The notes under the pieces: model-generated
Database searches by the model: none
What the model saw: only the letters and a program-made list of their open reading frames with translations
Told to the model about the DNA's origin: nothing
Assembly (NCBI RefSeq): GCF_001194135.2
Contig: NC_068983.1
Span: forward strand, 88,991,464-89,028,642
Length of the DNA: 37,179 nucleotides
Direction: 5' to 3'
Source of the DNA: Octopus bimaculoides
Taxonomy: Eukaryota
Position numbers and translations under genes: made by a program
In this document: positions 10,885 through 23,377 of the stretch, in pieces
How positions within the stretch are numbered: position 1 is the stretch's first letter
Layout: each line of letters opens with the position of its first letter

Positions 10885-12134
10885 CTGTATATGGACACAT
10901 AAGAGGTGCAGCAACATCAAAGGCAGGTTAACTAGCAAGTTAGTTTTTGTTTGTGGCAGATGTTCAGGTGCAATAAAGACTGTAAACAAACAGGAAACAA
11001 CTTCTATCTCATTCCAGGGTGAAAAACTAGAGGTAGTCGATAGCTTCCGCTATCTGGGCGACCAAGTTAGTAGTGGGGGTGGGTGCGCTGAAAGTGTAGC
11101 TGCTAGAATAAGAATAGCCTGGGCAAAGTTTAGAGAGCTCTTACCCCTGCTGGTGACAAAGGGACTCTCACTCAGAGTAAAAGGCAGACTGTATGACGCA
11201 TGCGTACGAACAACCATGCTACATGGCAGTGAAACATGGGCTGTAANNNNNNNNNNNNNNNNNNNNNNNNNNNNNNNNNNNNNNNNNNNNNNNNNNNNNN
11301 NNNNNNNNNNNNNNNNNNNNNNNNNNNNNNNNNNNNNNNNNNNNNNNNNNNNNNNNNNNNNNNNNNNNNNNNNNNNNNNNNNNNNNNNNNNNNNNNNNNN
11401 NNNNNNNNNNNNNNNNNNNNNNNNNNNNNNNNNNNNNNNNNNNNNNNNNNNNNNNNNNNNNNNNNNNNNNNNNNNNNNNNNNNNNNNNNNNNNNNNNNNN
11501 NNNNNNNNNNNNNNNNNNNNNNNNNNNNNNNNNNNNNNNNNNNNNNNNNNNNNNNNNNNNNNNNNNNNNNNNNNNNNNNNNNNNNNNNNNNNNNNNNNNN
11601 NNNNNNNNNNNNNNNNNNNNNNNNNNNNNNNNNNNNNNNNNNNNNNNNNNNNNNNNNNNNNNNNNNNNNNNNNNNNNNNNNNNNNNNNNNNNNNNNNNNN
11701 NNNNNNNNNNNNNNNNNNNNNNNNNNNNNNNNNNNNNNNNNNNNNNNNNNNNNNNNNNNNNNNNNNNNNNNNNNNNNNNNNNNNNNNNNNNNNNNNNNNN
11801 NNNNNNNNNNNNNNNNNNNNNNNNNNNNNNNNNNNNNNNNNNNNNNGTAGGATTTTCGAGCGAGATCGTTGCCAGCGCCCCTGGACTGGCTTGTGCGGGT
11901 GGCACATAAAAGACACCATTTCGAGCGTGGCTGTTTTCGTGCGGGTGACACGTAAAAGCACCCACTACACTCTCTGAGTGGTTGGCGCTAGGAAGGGCAT
12001 CCAGCTGTAGAAACTCTGCCAAATCAGACTGGAGCCTGGTGTTGCCATCCGGTTTCACCAGTCCTCAGTCAAATCGTCCAACCCATGCTAGCATGGAAAG
12101 CGGACGTTAAACGATGATGATGATGATGATGATG
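10885..12134 (+). mobile_element. Young 5'-truncated RTE LINE (C-terminal ORF, 3' UTR, (GAT)n tail) spanning the 600-N gap
   Basis: Open frame WTHKRCSNIKGRL..FVCGRC...GEKLEVVDSFRYLGD...RIRIAWAKFRELLPLL..KGRLYDACVRTTMLHGSETWAV. CpGs intact; tail CCATGCTAGCATGGAAAGCGGACGTTAAACGATGATG. Confidence 0.9.
11247..11846. other. Assembly gap (600 N)
   Basis: Run of N. Confidence 1.
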
Positions 12135-13013
12135 TCGTTTCTTCTTCTTAGCATCTTTAACTTAGTATTTCCTTTACCATTCTTCTCTACACAACAGCTG
12201 TAGCATTTACTACTTTATTTGCTTGGAGTCAATAAATGTTATTTGTTGTGCATCACAATTATTTGAGTTACTTTAACAGAGATCATTTGTTACTGTTCAT
12301 GGTCTCTTCCCCAAGCTTTTTTCAGATTTTCACATGTCAACTTTTAGAAGGAAAATTAGTCCCATGGAGATATAATTTAGCAAACACCCAATGTGATATA
12401 AAAAATATATTTGTCTCTTGCCTAAAGAGTGATGAGTTTGTGTCTTATTAATTGTGAATTTACTAACTATATATTGTGTACTAATGATTCCTGCATCCAG
12501 TTACAGTCAAAGAGGAGAAAATAGACAGACAGAATGAAGTGAAGTGGAGCAAAATACAATGTCAGCAAACTGGTAGAAGGGTATCAAAACAAAAGTACAA
12601 GAATTCAATTGTCTACAATGTCATTTGTCATAGCAGAGAATATTCCAACAACTGCAAAGCTCAAACATAAAAACTCATACCTAGAAATACCTGTCAGTGT
12701 GTTTCAAAAAATTTCAAAACAAGAATTGGAATGGGTTTAGTAAATTAACTAGCTTTTCCATTATTAAGCTGGTATTAAGAAGAAAATCTAGCACAAGTTA
12801 TCTACATAAAACTATGATGGAAAACTTTAATTTATATATGAACTCTTTAGAATAGTAGTTTTGAATCACAGAACCAAAGCTGGTCTCAAGTTGGTGATAT
12901 CAAAAGAGTTGTTTCCAAAACATTTCCTGACCTAATATTTTTCCTAACCACTTTATTAAATGGTTAAACAACTAAATCCACAAGTGCCATCTGTTTAGCT
13001 GTAATGAAATTTG

Positions 13014-13052
13014 CACCACCACCACCACTACCACCACCACCACCATCACCAC
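13014..13052. repeat. (CAC)n trinucleotide repeat, imperfect
   Basis: Seen directly. Confidence 0.95.
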
Positions 13053-13300
13053 TGTAAATAATAATAATGAGTTTTTTAGTAATTCCAAATACAAAGTTCA
13101 GGTCTCCCTCTTCACTTGGGTTGTGGATCATGATAAAGCACTAACGATGCTGCCCCTTTTTCCATTTCTATTAGCAATACTCCAGAATTGATATAAAAAT
13201 AAAACTTCCTGTTCCACAGTTCTTTTTTTTATCATGACAATCATTCCTTGTCTTCCTAAATACTAAATCTGACAACTATCTCTTCTTCCAATAAGTTGTC

Positions 13301-13537
13301 TGTGGAGATGAGGTGAACCGTGGGGAAAGGGTCAGTGATGTCAATAGCTGAGGAGCCTTACCAGAAGAGGAAGAGTGAGTGCGGAAGTGGGCAGAAGTAG
13401 GAGCAGTGTGGGCTTCTTTGGCCTCAGGCAGAGAGAGAAAATAGACATGTGTAGACATGCAAGCTAGACATGCAAATAGTCACCAAGAGATAGGTGAATT
13501 GCACTTTGTTCCTCATATTACAGTTCCCTATATTACA
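13301..13537 (+). repeat. 5' LTR of the Gypsy element
   Basis: Aligns to 18782-19083; about 65 bp shorter. Confidence 0.9.
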
Positions 13538-13592
13538 AGTTATTTTGGAACTTGTAATATTTTCTTTTGTTGTTGTTGTCCTCTTCCAAGTG

Positions 13593-16500
13593 ATGGCAGC
13601 AAAAATAAGGATCAGTAGTGATGTCATCAGACCTTTTTGTGGCGTGGGAGATGTTACTACCTGGATTCATAAGATCAAGATGGTGGCTAAGCTGCAAAGC
13701 ATTGAAGATGTAGCAGATCTCATGGTTCTGTATTTGAAGGGAAATACGTTGGCACTGTACTTTGAAATGGACGAAAAAGACCAACTGGATGCAAAGAAGA
13801 TTGAGCAGCACCTAAAGGAAGCCTTTACAGAAAGTTCATACACTGCGTTCACCTAGCTAGGAAAGGTCAGGTGGACAGGGGTGCAGATGGATGTGTATAC
13901 AGTGGAGGTTCTGAGACAGGCCACCTTATCTGGTTTTACCAGAAAGGAACTAGAAAAGGTGGCACTGTTGGCTTTCATAAATAGTTTCCCTGATGACATA
14001 TCAGTGCAGCTGCAACAACTGCCAAGCAGTGAGAAAAAGGTGATAAGCGAACTTGTTGCCCAAGCCTGTGTGTCAATGCAAAACACTGGGTGGAATGCAG
14101 TGGCAATGGCAGCTGCAGAAGCCCATGACATCATGCGATGATTTCTGAAGAATGAGGAGAGAAAAACTGCTGTGGAGCAGCAGTAATGGTTTATGGGCTG
14201 GTATTTCAAGTGCCATGGTCTACACATGGTAAGGGACTGTGCAGAGACAAAGTTTGAACTCATTTGCTACTAGGGCAGGCAGATAGAGCATATCACTTGA
14301 TCCTGCAGCCAGGGAAAAGGCCATGGAGAAGTTGCTGCCTCTCAAACTTCTCCTGTTTCTGCCTATAGTTGAAGTCCTGGTTTGAGGAAAGGTGTTCAAA
14401 GCCTTCATGGATATGGGCTGTACAATGTCTCTCATGACCCCAAGGGTGACAAAAAAGTCGAAAGGGACGAGTAGTGTTAGGGCAGTTGATGGCAGTGAAA
14501 TTGGATGTTAGGGTAGCAGTGAAGTGGCGATGGCAGTGTGGGACACAACACTAAGACTGCAGGTAATTGTGATCGACCATGTGGTTGATGGAATTGATTT
14601 GGTAATGGGCATGGACACAATCAACCGCTTAGGAGGTGTCAGTGCTGATGGAGATATGGTATCATTTAGTGGTGCAGGGGCGTTATCCACTGTGAGTCTG
14701 CAACAAGAAAGGGGGAAAAGCCCTGGGGTGGATTGTACTGCTTACATCGTTGAAGGTAAAAATTTTCAGGCAGTGTTCAATAGTCAGTGATGGACAGTTG
14801 AGTGGCACTGGAAAGGAGCAGGGGGGGGGGGGGCAATGCTGAGAAACAAGCTTAGCTGTTATCAGCATACTTTGAAAGATGTCAGGGTGTGAATTTGAAG
14901 GAGAGGTAGAGAGATTGATCAACAAGGGTATCCTAATCCTGTGGAAAGAGAAAGTGAAGAACATAGTGCTGCCATTAATAGCAGTGGTACAACCAATGAA
15001 GGGCAAGGTCAGGCTGGTACTGGACTTTCAAGAGCTAAATGGCCATGTATTGTGCCACACAGGCGGCAAGGTGACTGATGTTGGTGGAGAGACGTTGTAA
15101 GAATGGAGATGGATGATGAGGGCTGCAACAACTGTAGACTTATAGTCAGTATATCTGCAGCTCTATGTGAGCCAGAAATTGTGGATGTATGAGCTGGGGA
15201 GTTTATAAGGGCCAGACATAATGTCTGACTAGGCTGGATTTGGAGCTGAATTCTGCACCAAAGGTCATAGCAACAGCGCTCAAATCTATCCTAAGAAAGG
15301 TTGAGAAGGTAAAAAAGGCCACCAATTCCTATACAGACGACATCCTGGTAGACAAGATTATAGTATCTGCTGCAGAGGTCATAGGTTGCCTAAAGAAGGT
15401 TGGGCTGATTACGAAACCACTGGAGCCAATGCTTAGAGGAGCTGCACTAGGATTCAAGATTCAAAGAGACAAAACAGGTCTGTTGGTGTTTCAGAGAGGA
15501 AATGAGATTCTGGAACTGGGCACCAGTGTCAACAGATGAGAACTATTCTCAATGTGTGGGAGACTAGTGGGTCACTATCCAATTGCAGGTTGGCTTCAAA
15601 CAGCATGCGGATACATCAAGAGATGAGCAGACAGGACAAGGTAGGGAGATAAAGTGAAAGAGAGGATGGTGGTGATGATGCAGGAGATCCTAGAGAGGGT
15701 AAGAGCAGAAGACCCAGTAAAAGGAAGTTGCTATGTACTCAAATTGGAAAACAGGATCATATGGTGCAATGCGAGCAGTGTAATGATGGGGGTGTCGAAG
15801 TGGAGGATGCAGCCTGGCTCTGAAAAGCAGATGATTACAGTGCCTTGCAAAAATCTACACCCCTTTTGAAAATTTATATATTTTGTATAATTTAACAGGG
15901 AACAACACATTTTTTCAATTCCAATGATTGTTAAATAATAAGCAGATCCATCACACTTTCCTTTGATATAAAAATTACATTTTAAAAATTTCACACTGAT
16001 TCTTAAAATCATATAACTGAGAAAAATGTCTCTGCAAAAGTCTACACCCCCTTTGGAATGTCTTCAGCTAATACTTTGTGGATGATCCTGCTGCATCAAT
16101 TACACCCTGCAGATGCCTCGGGTAGCCTTCCATGAGCTTGCTGCAGTGGTCTGCCATTCTTCATGTCAGAACTTCTCAAGCTATGTCAGATTGGATGGGG
16201 AACGTTGGTGCACAACCAGCTTTAGATCTCGCCATAGATGTTTTATAGGATTTAGGTCTGGAGACTGGCTGGGCCACACCAAAACTGTCATTTTCTTGCT
16301 AGCAAACCAAGCTTTAGTGCTTTTTGACACATGCTTGGGGTTGTTATCTTGTTGACACTTGAAATTGCGACCCAAGCGCAGAGCTAGCAGACTTCAGCAG
16401 GTTTGCCTCCAATATTTCTTGGTACTTGACACTGTCCATGATACCTTGGAAGTTACCAACTCTCCAGGCCCTGTAGCTGAAAAACAGCCCCAAAGCATGA

Positions 16501-18749
16501 TCGAGCCACTGCCATGCTTTACAGTGGGAACGGTGTAATGAGGCTGGTGAGCAGTGCCTTTTTTCTGCCAAACATAGCGTTTCCTAATTTTTCCAAATAA
16601 CTTGACTTTGGTCTCATCTGACCAAAAAATCTTTTGCCACATGGTCATGGAATCATTAATGTGACTTTTGTCAAAGCTTGCTTGTGCATAGGCTTCAGAA
16701 GGGGCTTTTTTCTAGCTACCCTTCCTTGCAGGCCAGACTGCTGCAATACTCTGGAAATTGTAGATGCATGGACATCTGTCCCAGTACTGGAAACTGAAGC
16801 TTTCAAGTCTTCCAGTGTTGCACTAGGATTGGAGGTTGCCTCCCGGACCAATTCTGACTTTGCTCTTCTGGTAAGTTTGCTCGGTCTCCCAGACCTTGGT
16901 AGGGTAGCAGTGGTTTTGTGCACTAACCACTTCTAACCTATAGTTTTAACAGTGCTTAGGGGCAATTCTAAAGTTTTTGCAATTTTTTATAGCCATTATT
17001 TTCATTGTACTTTTGAATAATAAGGTTTTTAAGTTCTTGAGACAGAGGTTTGCCCGTTTTCCTTCCCGAGTTGGACACCTTGTGTTTACAGTCAGAGTCC
17101 AAAGACCAACATACCAAAAAACCATGTGGTGAATGATTTTGTAGGCAGTTAAATCACTTTATATAGCAAAATAATAGACTGGCCAAGTTTGTTTGTTATT
17201 GTAGAACACACATGTCACCTTTGATTGTTTTGGATTGTATACATCAATGACAAACTACATGATAACACAGTATAATATCGGGAGGGGGTGTAGACTTTTA
17301 CAAAGACATTTTTATAAGTTATATGATTTTAAGAATCAGTGTGAAATGTTTAAAATGTAATTTTTATATCAAAGGAAAGTGTGATGGATCTGCTTATTAT
17401 TTAACAATCATTGGAATTGAAAAAATGTGTTGTTCCCTGTTAAATCATACAAAATATATAAATTTTCAAAAGGAGTGTAGACTTTTGCAAGGCACTGTAT
17501 AACCACATCAACGTGGCTGAGTTGGATGTTGAGCTGAAATGGGTGACTCTGGCCCTGAGATGTGGGCCACACTCTATCGAAATCAACCAATTTGGCTACT
17601 GTGCTTGGATGGGTGGGATCAGTGATCACCAATGAAAGGAGGGTTCAAACCAAAGGTTTTGCAAAGATGTTAGTAAAACACTGCTCAGGGGTTCTGTGAG
17701 AACTAGCTGCTGAATTTGGTTTGAAGCTGAGCATGGTCTTTGTACCCTCAGGAAGGAATAAGGCAGACATTCAAACCAGGGTGAAAAAGGCCTGGTTGTC
17801 AATACTGGAAGATTCAGAGCAGGGGATAGCTGCAGTGTGTCAGCCATAATATGGATGTGGATAGAACCCTGTATCTTACCAGGAAAGCTGACAGGGAAAG
17901 TTACTGGGCAGAGCATTCAAAAAGTGGTCGGGAGCTGTGACAGGTGTCAATACATCAACCCTGCTCCATGTGTGCACAAGCTGGGAAACATCTCAGTAGA
18001 GTAAAACTGGAGATGATTGGCAGTGGATGTGACACACTACTGGCAGGGGACATCTCTCTTGGTAGTCAACTGCAGACCAGGCCGGATGATGATATGGAAG
18101 GAAATTAAGACGGGCACTGCAGATGAAGTTGCACATATCCTGAATGAGATATTCCAGGACCAGGGCCCTGTAGATGAACTGCTGATGGATAATGGCACTG
18201 CATTTCCTTCAGAGATGCTGAAGGAGATGCTCGATAAGTGGAATGTGCACCGCTTCTTCTGAGTGGCAAACAGGCTGAGTAGAAATGGGATTGTGGAAAG
18301 ATACCATCACATGATCAAGGCCATGGTGAAGAGGGGATATATTTCACCACTGGAAGCAGTATTTTGTTACAATATGTCACCCCAATCAGGACAGACCAAG
18401 GAGTCTGTGCCACAGAGTGATATTGAGGTATAAATAGCAACACCCATGTACAGTATCACAAAACTCTGTGGAAGAGAGAGAGAAAGCCTGCTTTTGTGCA
18501 GGCTGGAGATGAAGTCTGGGTCAAGCTCTCAAAGGCATACTGCACATCTCAGTGGGACAGAGAGACAGTGGCAGCTGTTAATTCAAAAAAATAATGTTTC
18601 TGTGGATGGAATGCTGTGTCATGCCTTGGATGTTTAGTAGAATTGTTGCTTCATCAGATGACTAAGGTGGAGGAGAGGAAGCAGGCAGCACTCCATCCCT
18701 ACAGAGATTACAGGTGCCCAGGTGGATGGCAGATTTCAACATGGAGTGA
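13593..18749 (+). pseudogene. Gypsy gag-pol remnant (interrupted by Tc1 at 15838-17497)
   Basis: gag MAAKIRISSDVIRPFCGVGDVTTWIHK; protease AFMDMGCT; RT KVRLVLDFQELN, LNSAPKVI, NSYTDDILV; RNase H ..EDAAWL*KADD/YNHINVAELD; integrase AVDVTHY, DELLMDNGTAF, GIVERYH; tail VPRWMADFNME*. Many stops and frameshifts. Confidence 0.9.
15838..17497 (-). mobile_element. Tc1-family DNA transposon (DD34E) with ~214 bp IR/DR terminal repeats
   Basis: TA flanks at 15836-37 and 17498-99. TIRs 15838-16051 and 17284-17497 start CAGTGCCTTGCAAAA and each carry two GCAAAA.TCTACACCCC direct repeats. Minus-strand transposase ~17066-16070: [47 protein letters not shown] (34 spacing, catalytic E changed to K). Confidence 0.95.
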
Positions 18750-18781
18750 AGTTAGGAGGCGATCTCTGAAATCAAGCGGTG

Positions 18782-19083
18782 TGTGAAGATAATGTGAACT
18801 GGGAGAAAGGGTAAATGATGTCAATGGCTGAGAGACCCTACCTGAAGGGGAAGAGTGAATGAGAAAGTGGGTGGAAGAACGACCAGTGTGGGCCTCTTAG
18901 GCCTCAGGCAGCGGTAGTAGATGGATGCATGTAGACATGCGAGCTAGAAAGGGAATTAGCCATAGGTTCTAGTGACAGGTTAGATGAGTAGGGCATATCT
19001 CAGATTTAACCCAGCAGGACAGTTGACACTGAGAGGAAGGTGAATCGCACTTTGTTCATCATATTACAGTTCCCCATATTACA
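18782..19083 (+). repeat. 3' LTR of the Gypsy element
   Basis: Homologous to 13301-13537; followed by TSD TTGTC. Confidence 0.9.
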
Positions 19084-20680
19084 TTGTCTCAAGAAAGTAT
19101 AAGAAAGTTCTGGCTTGTATATTTTTAAAGTGTTATTTCTTACATGATGTGGTATAAAACTGATGCACTTCACTTCCTGTAACATTTGTAGCACAACCTA
19201 AGAAACATCAATGCACTTGAGTAGTGGAAAGTATATGTAGCTATGGATGGAGGACTGTGGACTACTCGTTTGTCATGATAGAATTTGTAAATATGTTCTG
19301 TTAACTTACTTAAATAATTAATGTTGGAAGTGGAGCTAACAAATCTTAACTTAAAAGCAGAGCAATTGTAGTGGGTGAATAATGGGATTCTGTAGGCCAA
19401 AGAAGATAAAACACTTATAATGATTGGAAGGGAAAGTCAAAAATTATTTGTTTGTTGCACCACATGAGTTTATACATATGCACATAAAATGTAAATATAT
19501 TTGGAAAAATGATTGAGCATGTAATTTAAATGGCTGCTTCATATTGGATCTCTCACTGTCAGATAGCTAGCCCCACTGTTTACACCAAACAAATACTAAC
19601 TGCCATCCTTGCAGTAATGACATTAACCTGATACATTCCGTTCTTACCACCACAGGCTTTCTGTAGTGACCCTCCACACCAAACATAACAATAAACACAA
19701 GAAAAATGTAGACACACAGTGAGAATTATAAACCTAGTCATTAAAAACACTAAGTATACAAAACATACAAAAACACACACACACAAACACACATTTCACA
19801 ATTAGCAATGTCACTATTACTAATCTTGAATTTCTGATCAAGTGATTGTTAGCTGGAATAAAAATTCAAGTTGTGTGTTTTTCAACATGAACAAAAGAAA
19901 AGAATATATGTCTTAAACACACATACCACCAACAATTATATGCACATAAACATGAATAATATACACAACTGTTCATCCTTTTCTTTATTATATGCATACA
20001 TGCTAGACATTTAAACTGAAAAAGGCCAATAGACTAATCAAAGGTTTAATAAGGATAATCAATAGTTCAGTGATATCAATCAATGGTTCACTAAAAATAC
20101 TAAGATTTACACATATGATTTATAAGTGGCTTATTGTAAAAAGAGCCATACATGTCACTTTACAGCCTAAATAAAACAATCTATACTATCACTTCAGGGT
20201 CATACTGTCACTTATTAACTGAGAACTTTCACTTAAAATTCACATTTTAAAGCTGAACAATTTACTAAATAATTTCATTTTTAATAAATAACTTGCTATT
20301 TTGTAATTTATTGATTCCTGAATTTGGAGTCTAAAAATATTGCCTAAAGTTCTATATTAAACATACCACCAACACACACACTAAAAAAAAAAACAAAAAA
20401 AAACCGATTATTGACAAAAATCTTTGAACTAAGAAGTTTCCATTACTGTAACTATCTGCCAACACCAGCATCACAGGCACCATTACCACCATAAAAGACA
20501 CTTGTATCACCATTACTAGCACTACTACCTTCAATATCACCAATGGCCCCAACACTAACATCACAACCAATATCATAACACCATCTATCTACAGCTCTAA
20601 CATCACAAATTACTTCTTTCATAATTAAGAAATAATAATAGGGAAACAAAGACAGATACATAAAAAGATGTTAGTGTTAC

Positions 20681-20823
20681 CTCACAAGTTTCCTTCTGTT
20701 TTGGAGTATCTTTTGTCACAGACAATCTAGGAACCTCTTTCATTGGAGATACCTTGAAAAGAGATTTGTTCTCCTGATGTTTTTGTAGATCCTCTAAATC
20801 TTGCATGGTCAAGTCTAGTTTAA
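20681..20823 (-). CDS. Exon of the FAM227-like gene (143 nt, phase 1 to 0): (V)KLDLTMQDLEDLQKHQENKSLFKVSPMKEVPRLSVTKDTPKQKETCE
   Basis: Strong acceptor TTTTATTTTATTAG|, donor GAG|GTAACA, open frame, and phases compatible with both neighbouring exons. Confidence 0.75.
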
Positions 20824-21954
20824 CTAATAAAATAAAACAGGTGTTAACTTTTATCAGATGTAATAGACAGGAGTAACACTAGCTCTATGGATGCTGACTG
20901 AATTGATGGTTACATTGTAGTATTAAGATAATGGCTGAAGGGGTGATGAGAGAGAAAAAAAGGAATTATATTATGAAGTTCAGCTAGTAGATATGGTTAA
21001 TACAATAGTTAACTTAGTGGTTGGATAGCTATTTAAAATAGTGGCATGCTTCAAATAATTCAAGAACAATTAAGGTGACAGTTATTAGATTAAAAAGACT
21101 AGCAGAGTTTTATTTTAATGTTGATGGAACTATATTCAGCTTAAACATCTGCATGTCAATGTCTACAAGAAAGAATGTTGGTGAGAGGAAGTCATAATTT
21201 TATCTAAATGCTTACAAAAGAGTGAACTCCACTAAAGACACCCAAGTATTAGGTGGAGGTGTTAAACTGGAATTTTATTAAGTTGAGTGACTGCATAGAA
21301 GCTCTCTTGTTAGCTTGTGGATATAGTGACTTTTATTGTGTCACTGAAGTCAGTCTTGATCAAGCAGACCCATGACACATAGGTAATTAGCCAAATGATT
21401 ATGTTCAACATAGAAACATCTGCAATTCTGGATATGTCATAATTTGCTTAGTTGAGGACCATACTACACAACTCCAGCATGAAATAATAAAGTGTATGTG
21501 GTACAGTGTTGCAGTCTGGGCATACTGTGTATCTTCATTGTCTACTCTTTTTTATCTTAATCAACTGTTTAAAATCAATATGCAATACTCACAGATAGGG
21601 AATTGTGGTCTTCTATAAAGCATCAACAGGTCATGAAAGATCACTTAATTGTAGTACAAGGGCTCTTCCAACCCACATTCTATCAACATTCTCACACTTC
21701 AAAGTTTATCTCCCTCATTTTTTCTACACCACATTTATAACTTGATAACAATTACTTGAATCACACACACTCTTATGCAGTTGATATCATATCCATTCTC
21801 CAATAAAATTTCATATACAAGCATATCCAGATGATGCCTAATAACTTTATGTCAAACCTGTACTATTATATAAAACAAAAAGTATGAAAAGATTCCCCAA
21901 TAGGAACATCAAAAGCGTAGACACAATGTTTACATACTGAGGAAACTCATAATA

Positions 21955-23216
21955 TTGAGTCAACCCCTAAATAATGTGGTTTTTTTCAATTGTATGAACT
22001 AAAAGTTGGAGGGGGACAGGATAAACCACCTGCACCAACTTGCTATAAAAGCAAGTAGTAATTTTTCTTTGTCCTTATTCTAAGTGCAAGTTTTGAAGAG
22101 TGCAGTTCAATTTTAACAGTTATTTTTTCAAAGCTATAATGGAAGTGACAAAGGAGCACATTTGGCATATTTTGCTTTATGAGTTCAATAAAGGCAACGA
22201 CGCAACAGAAAGTGTGAGGAATATTAATGCAGTATATGGGGATTGGACAATAAGTGTAAGCCAGTGTCAATGGTGGTTCCAAAATTCCGAGCCAGAAACT
22301 ACAGCTTAGAAGATGAGCCTCATCCTGTAGCGCTCGATGAGGATGTCCTGCAAACCCTGGTGGAACAAAATCCCATTGTAACTGTTGAGGAACTAGCAGA
22401 GAAGCTTGGATTGGGTCATTCAACCATTCATTGACACCTGCATGCCATTGGAAAAGTCAGCAAATTGGGTCAATGGGTTCCTCACAAACTTTCCAAGTCT
22501 AATTGCATGTAGAGAGTGGATGTGTGCTCTTGTTTGCTGTCATATTTCATGAATGAACCTTTTTTGGACCAAATAGTAACTGGTGATGGGAAATAGGTTC
22601 CCTATAAAAATGTCAAGCACCGAAAACAGTGGGTAGGGAAACGAGAAACACCGGCACCCCAGGCTAAAGAAAGTTTTCACCCATGTAAGGTGTTGTTATC
22701 TGTTTGGTGGGATATGAAAGGTTTAGTCCACTTTGAACTTTTAAACCCAAACCAAACGATAACAAAGGAGATCTACAGCAAGCAGCTTGAGTGGTTTAAG
22801 TCAACATGAAGAAAAACGACCATCTTTGGTTTCAAGATAAAATGTGTTCTTCCATCAGGATAATGCTTGGCCACATACAGTGAGGATAACATCCCAAAGG
22901 CTGGAGCAGTTTGAATGGGAAACAATGTCCCACCCACCATATTCACCAGACATTGCCCCATCTGATTATCATTTATTCTGCAGTCTTCAAAATCATTTGG
23001 ATGGAAAAAACACACACAGAACAGTACTGGAGGAGTATTTTGCATCACAGACAAGTGAATTTTGGAAGAGGGGTCTTGCAAGTCTACCGGATAGATGGAA
23101 AAGCATTGTAGAAAACGAAGGAGAGTATATTTTAAATTAAAAAAAAAATTTGTTTATCTTAATTTTGAAAAATAAAAGAAGTATAAAAAAACTACATCAT
23201 TTATGGGATGACCCAA
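21955..23216 (+). mobile_element. Full-length decayed mariner (DD34D)
   Basis: TA-flanked TIRs TTGAGTCAACCCCTAAATAATG / CATTTATGGGATGACCCAA. Transposase 22139-23140: MEVTKEHIWHILLYEF, IVTGDG, FHQDNAWPH..YSPDIAPSDYHLF with 34 spacing; frameshifted. Confidence 0.95.
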
Positions 23217-23327
23217 TATTATGTCCTTTCTCTACCTAAACAACGCATAAGTAAAATCTTCAAACTTTTCACAAACATCAGGTTTTACAGTCTCTTACGA
23301 TTTTCTTGACAACTTCACATCTATTAT

Positions 23328-23377
23328 TTAGCTAAGACTGCGACCAAAAAACTGACTTTTCTCTTTAAGAGCAAAAC
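23328..23377 (-). CDS. Possible alternative terminal exon: (G)FALKEKSQFFGRSLS*
   Basis: Acceptor TTCTTTTGCTTTAG|G in phase 1 and an in-frame stop after 15 codons. No homology support. Confidence 0.25.

Larger units (their letters stand above)
13301..19083 (+). mobile_element. Complete but decayed Ty3/Gypsy LTR retrotransposon
   Basis: LTRs at 13301-13537 and 18782-19083, both TG...CA, with exact 5 bp TSD TTGTC (13296-13300 and 19084-19088). Domain order gag-CCHC-PR-RT-RH-INT. Confidence 0.95.

Noticed and set aside
11050-12058. Long ORFs of 200-300 aa in the ORF track
   Set aside because: They are artefacts of translating through 600 N; the same applies to the ORFs at 25846-26140.
19310-19389. 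Minus-strand segment with strong acceptor and GTAAGT donor (IPLFTHYNCSAFK...)
   Set aside because: Its phases (2 in, 1 out) do not fit between the phase-0 exons 20681 and 5837, and the 5837 exon already supplies the SPL-like motif.
20450-20600. Hydrophobic or Thr-rich ORFs suggesting a membrane or mucin protein
   Set aside because: Degenerate (ACC/ATC)n low-complexity DNA; the same holds for ORFs over GT, CT, CA and TA runs.
21420-21900. Possible L1/Tx1 C-terminal Cys motif on the minus strand
   Set aside because: Too decayed to assign with any confidence.
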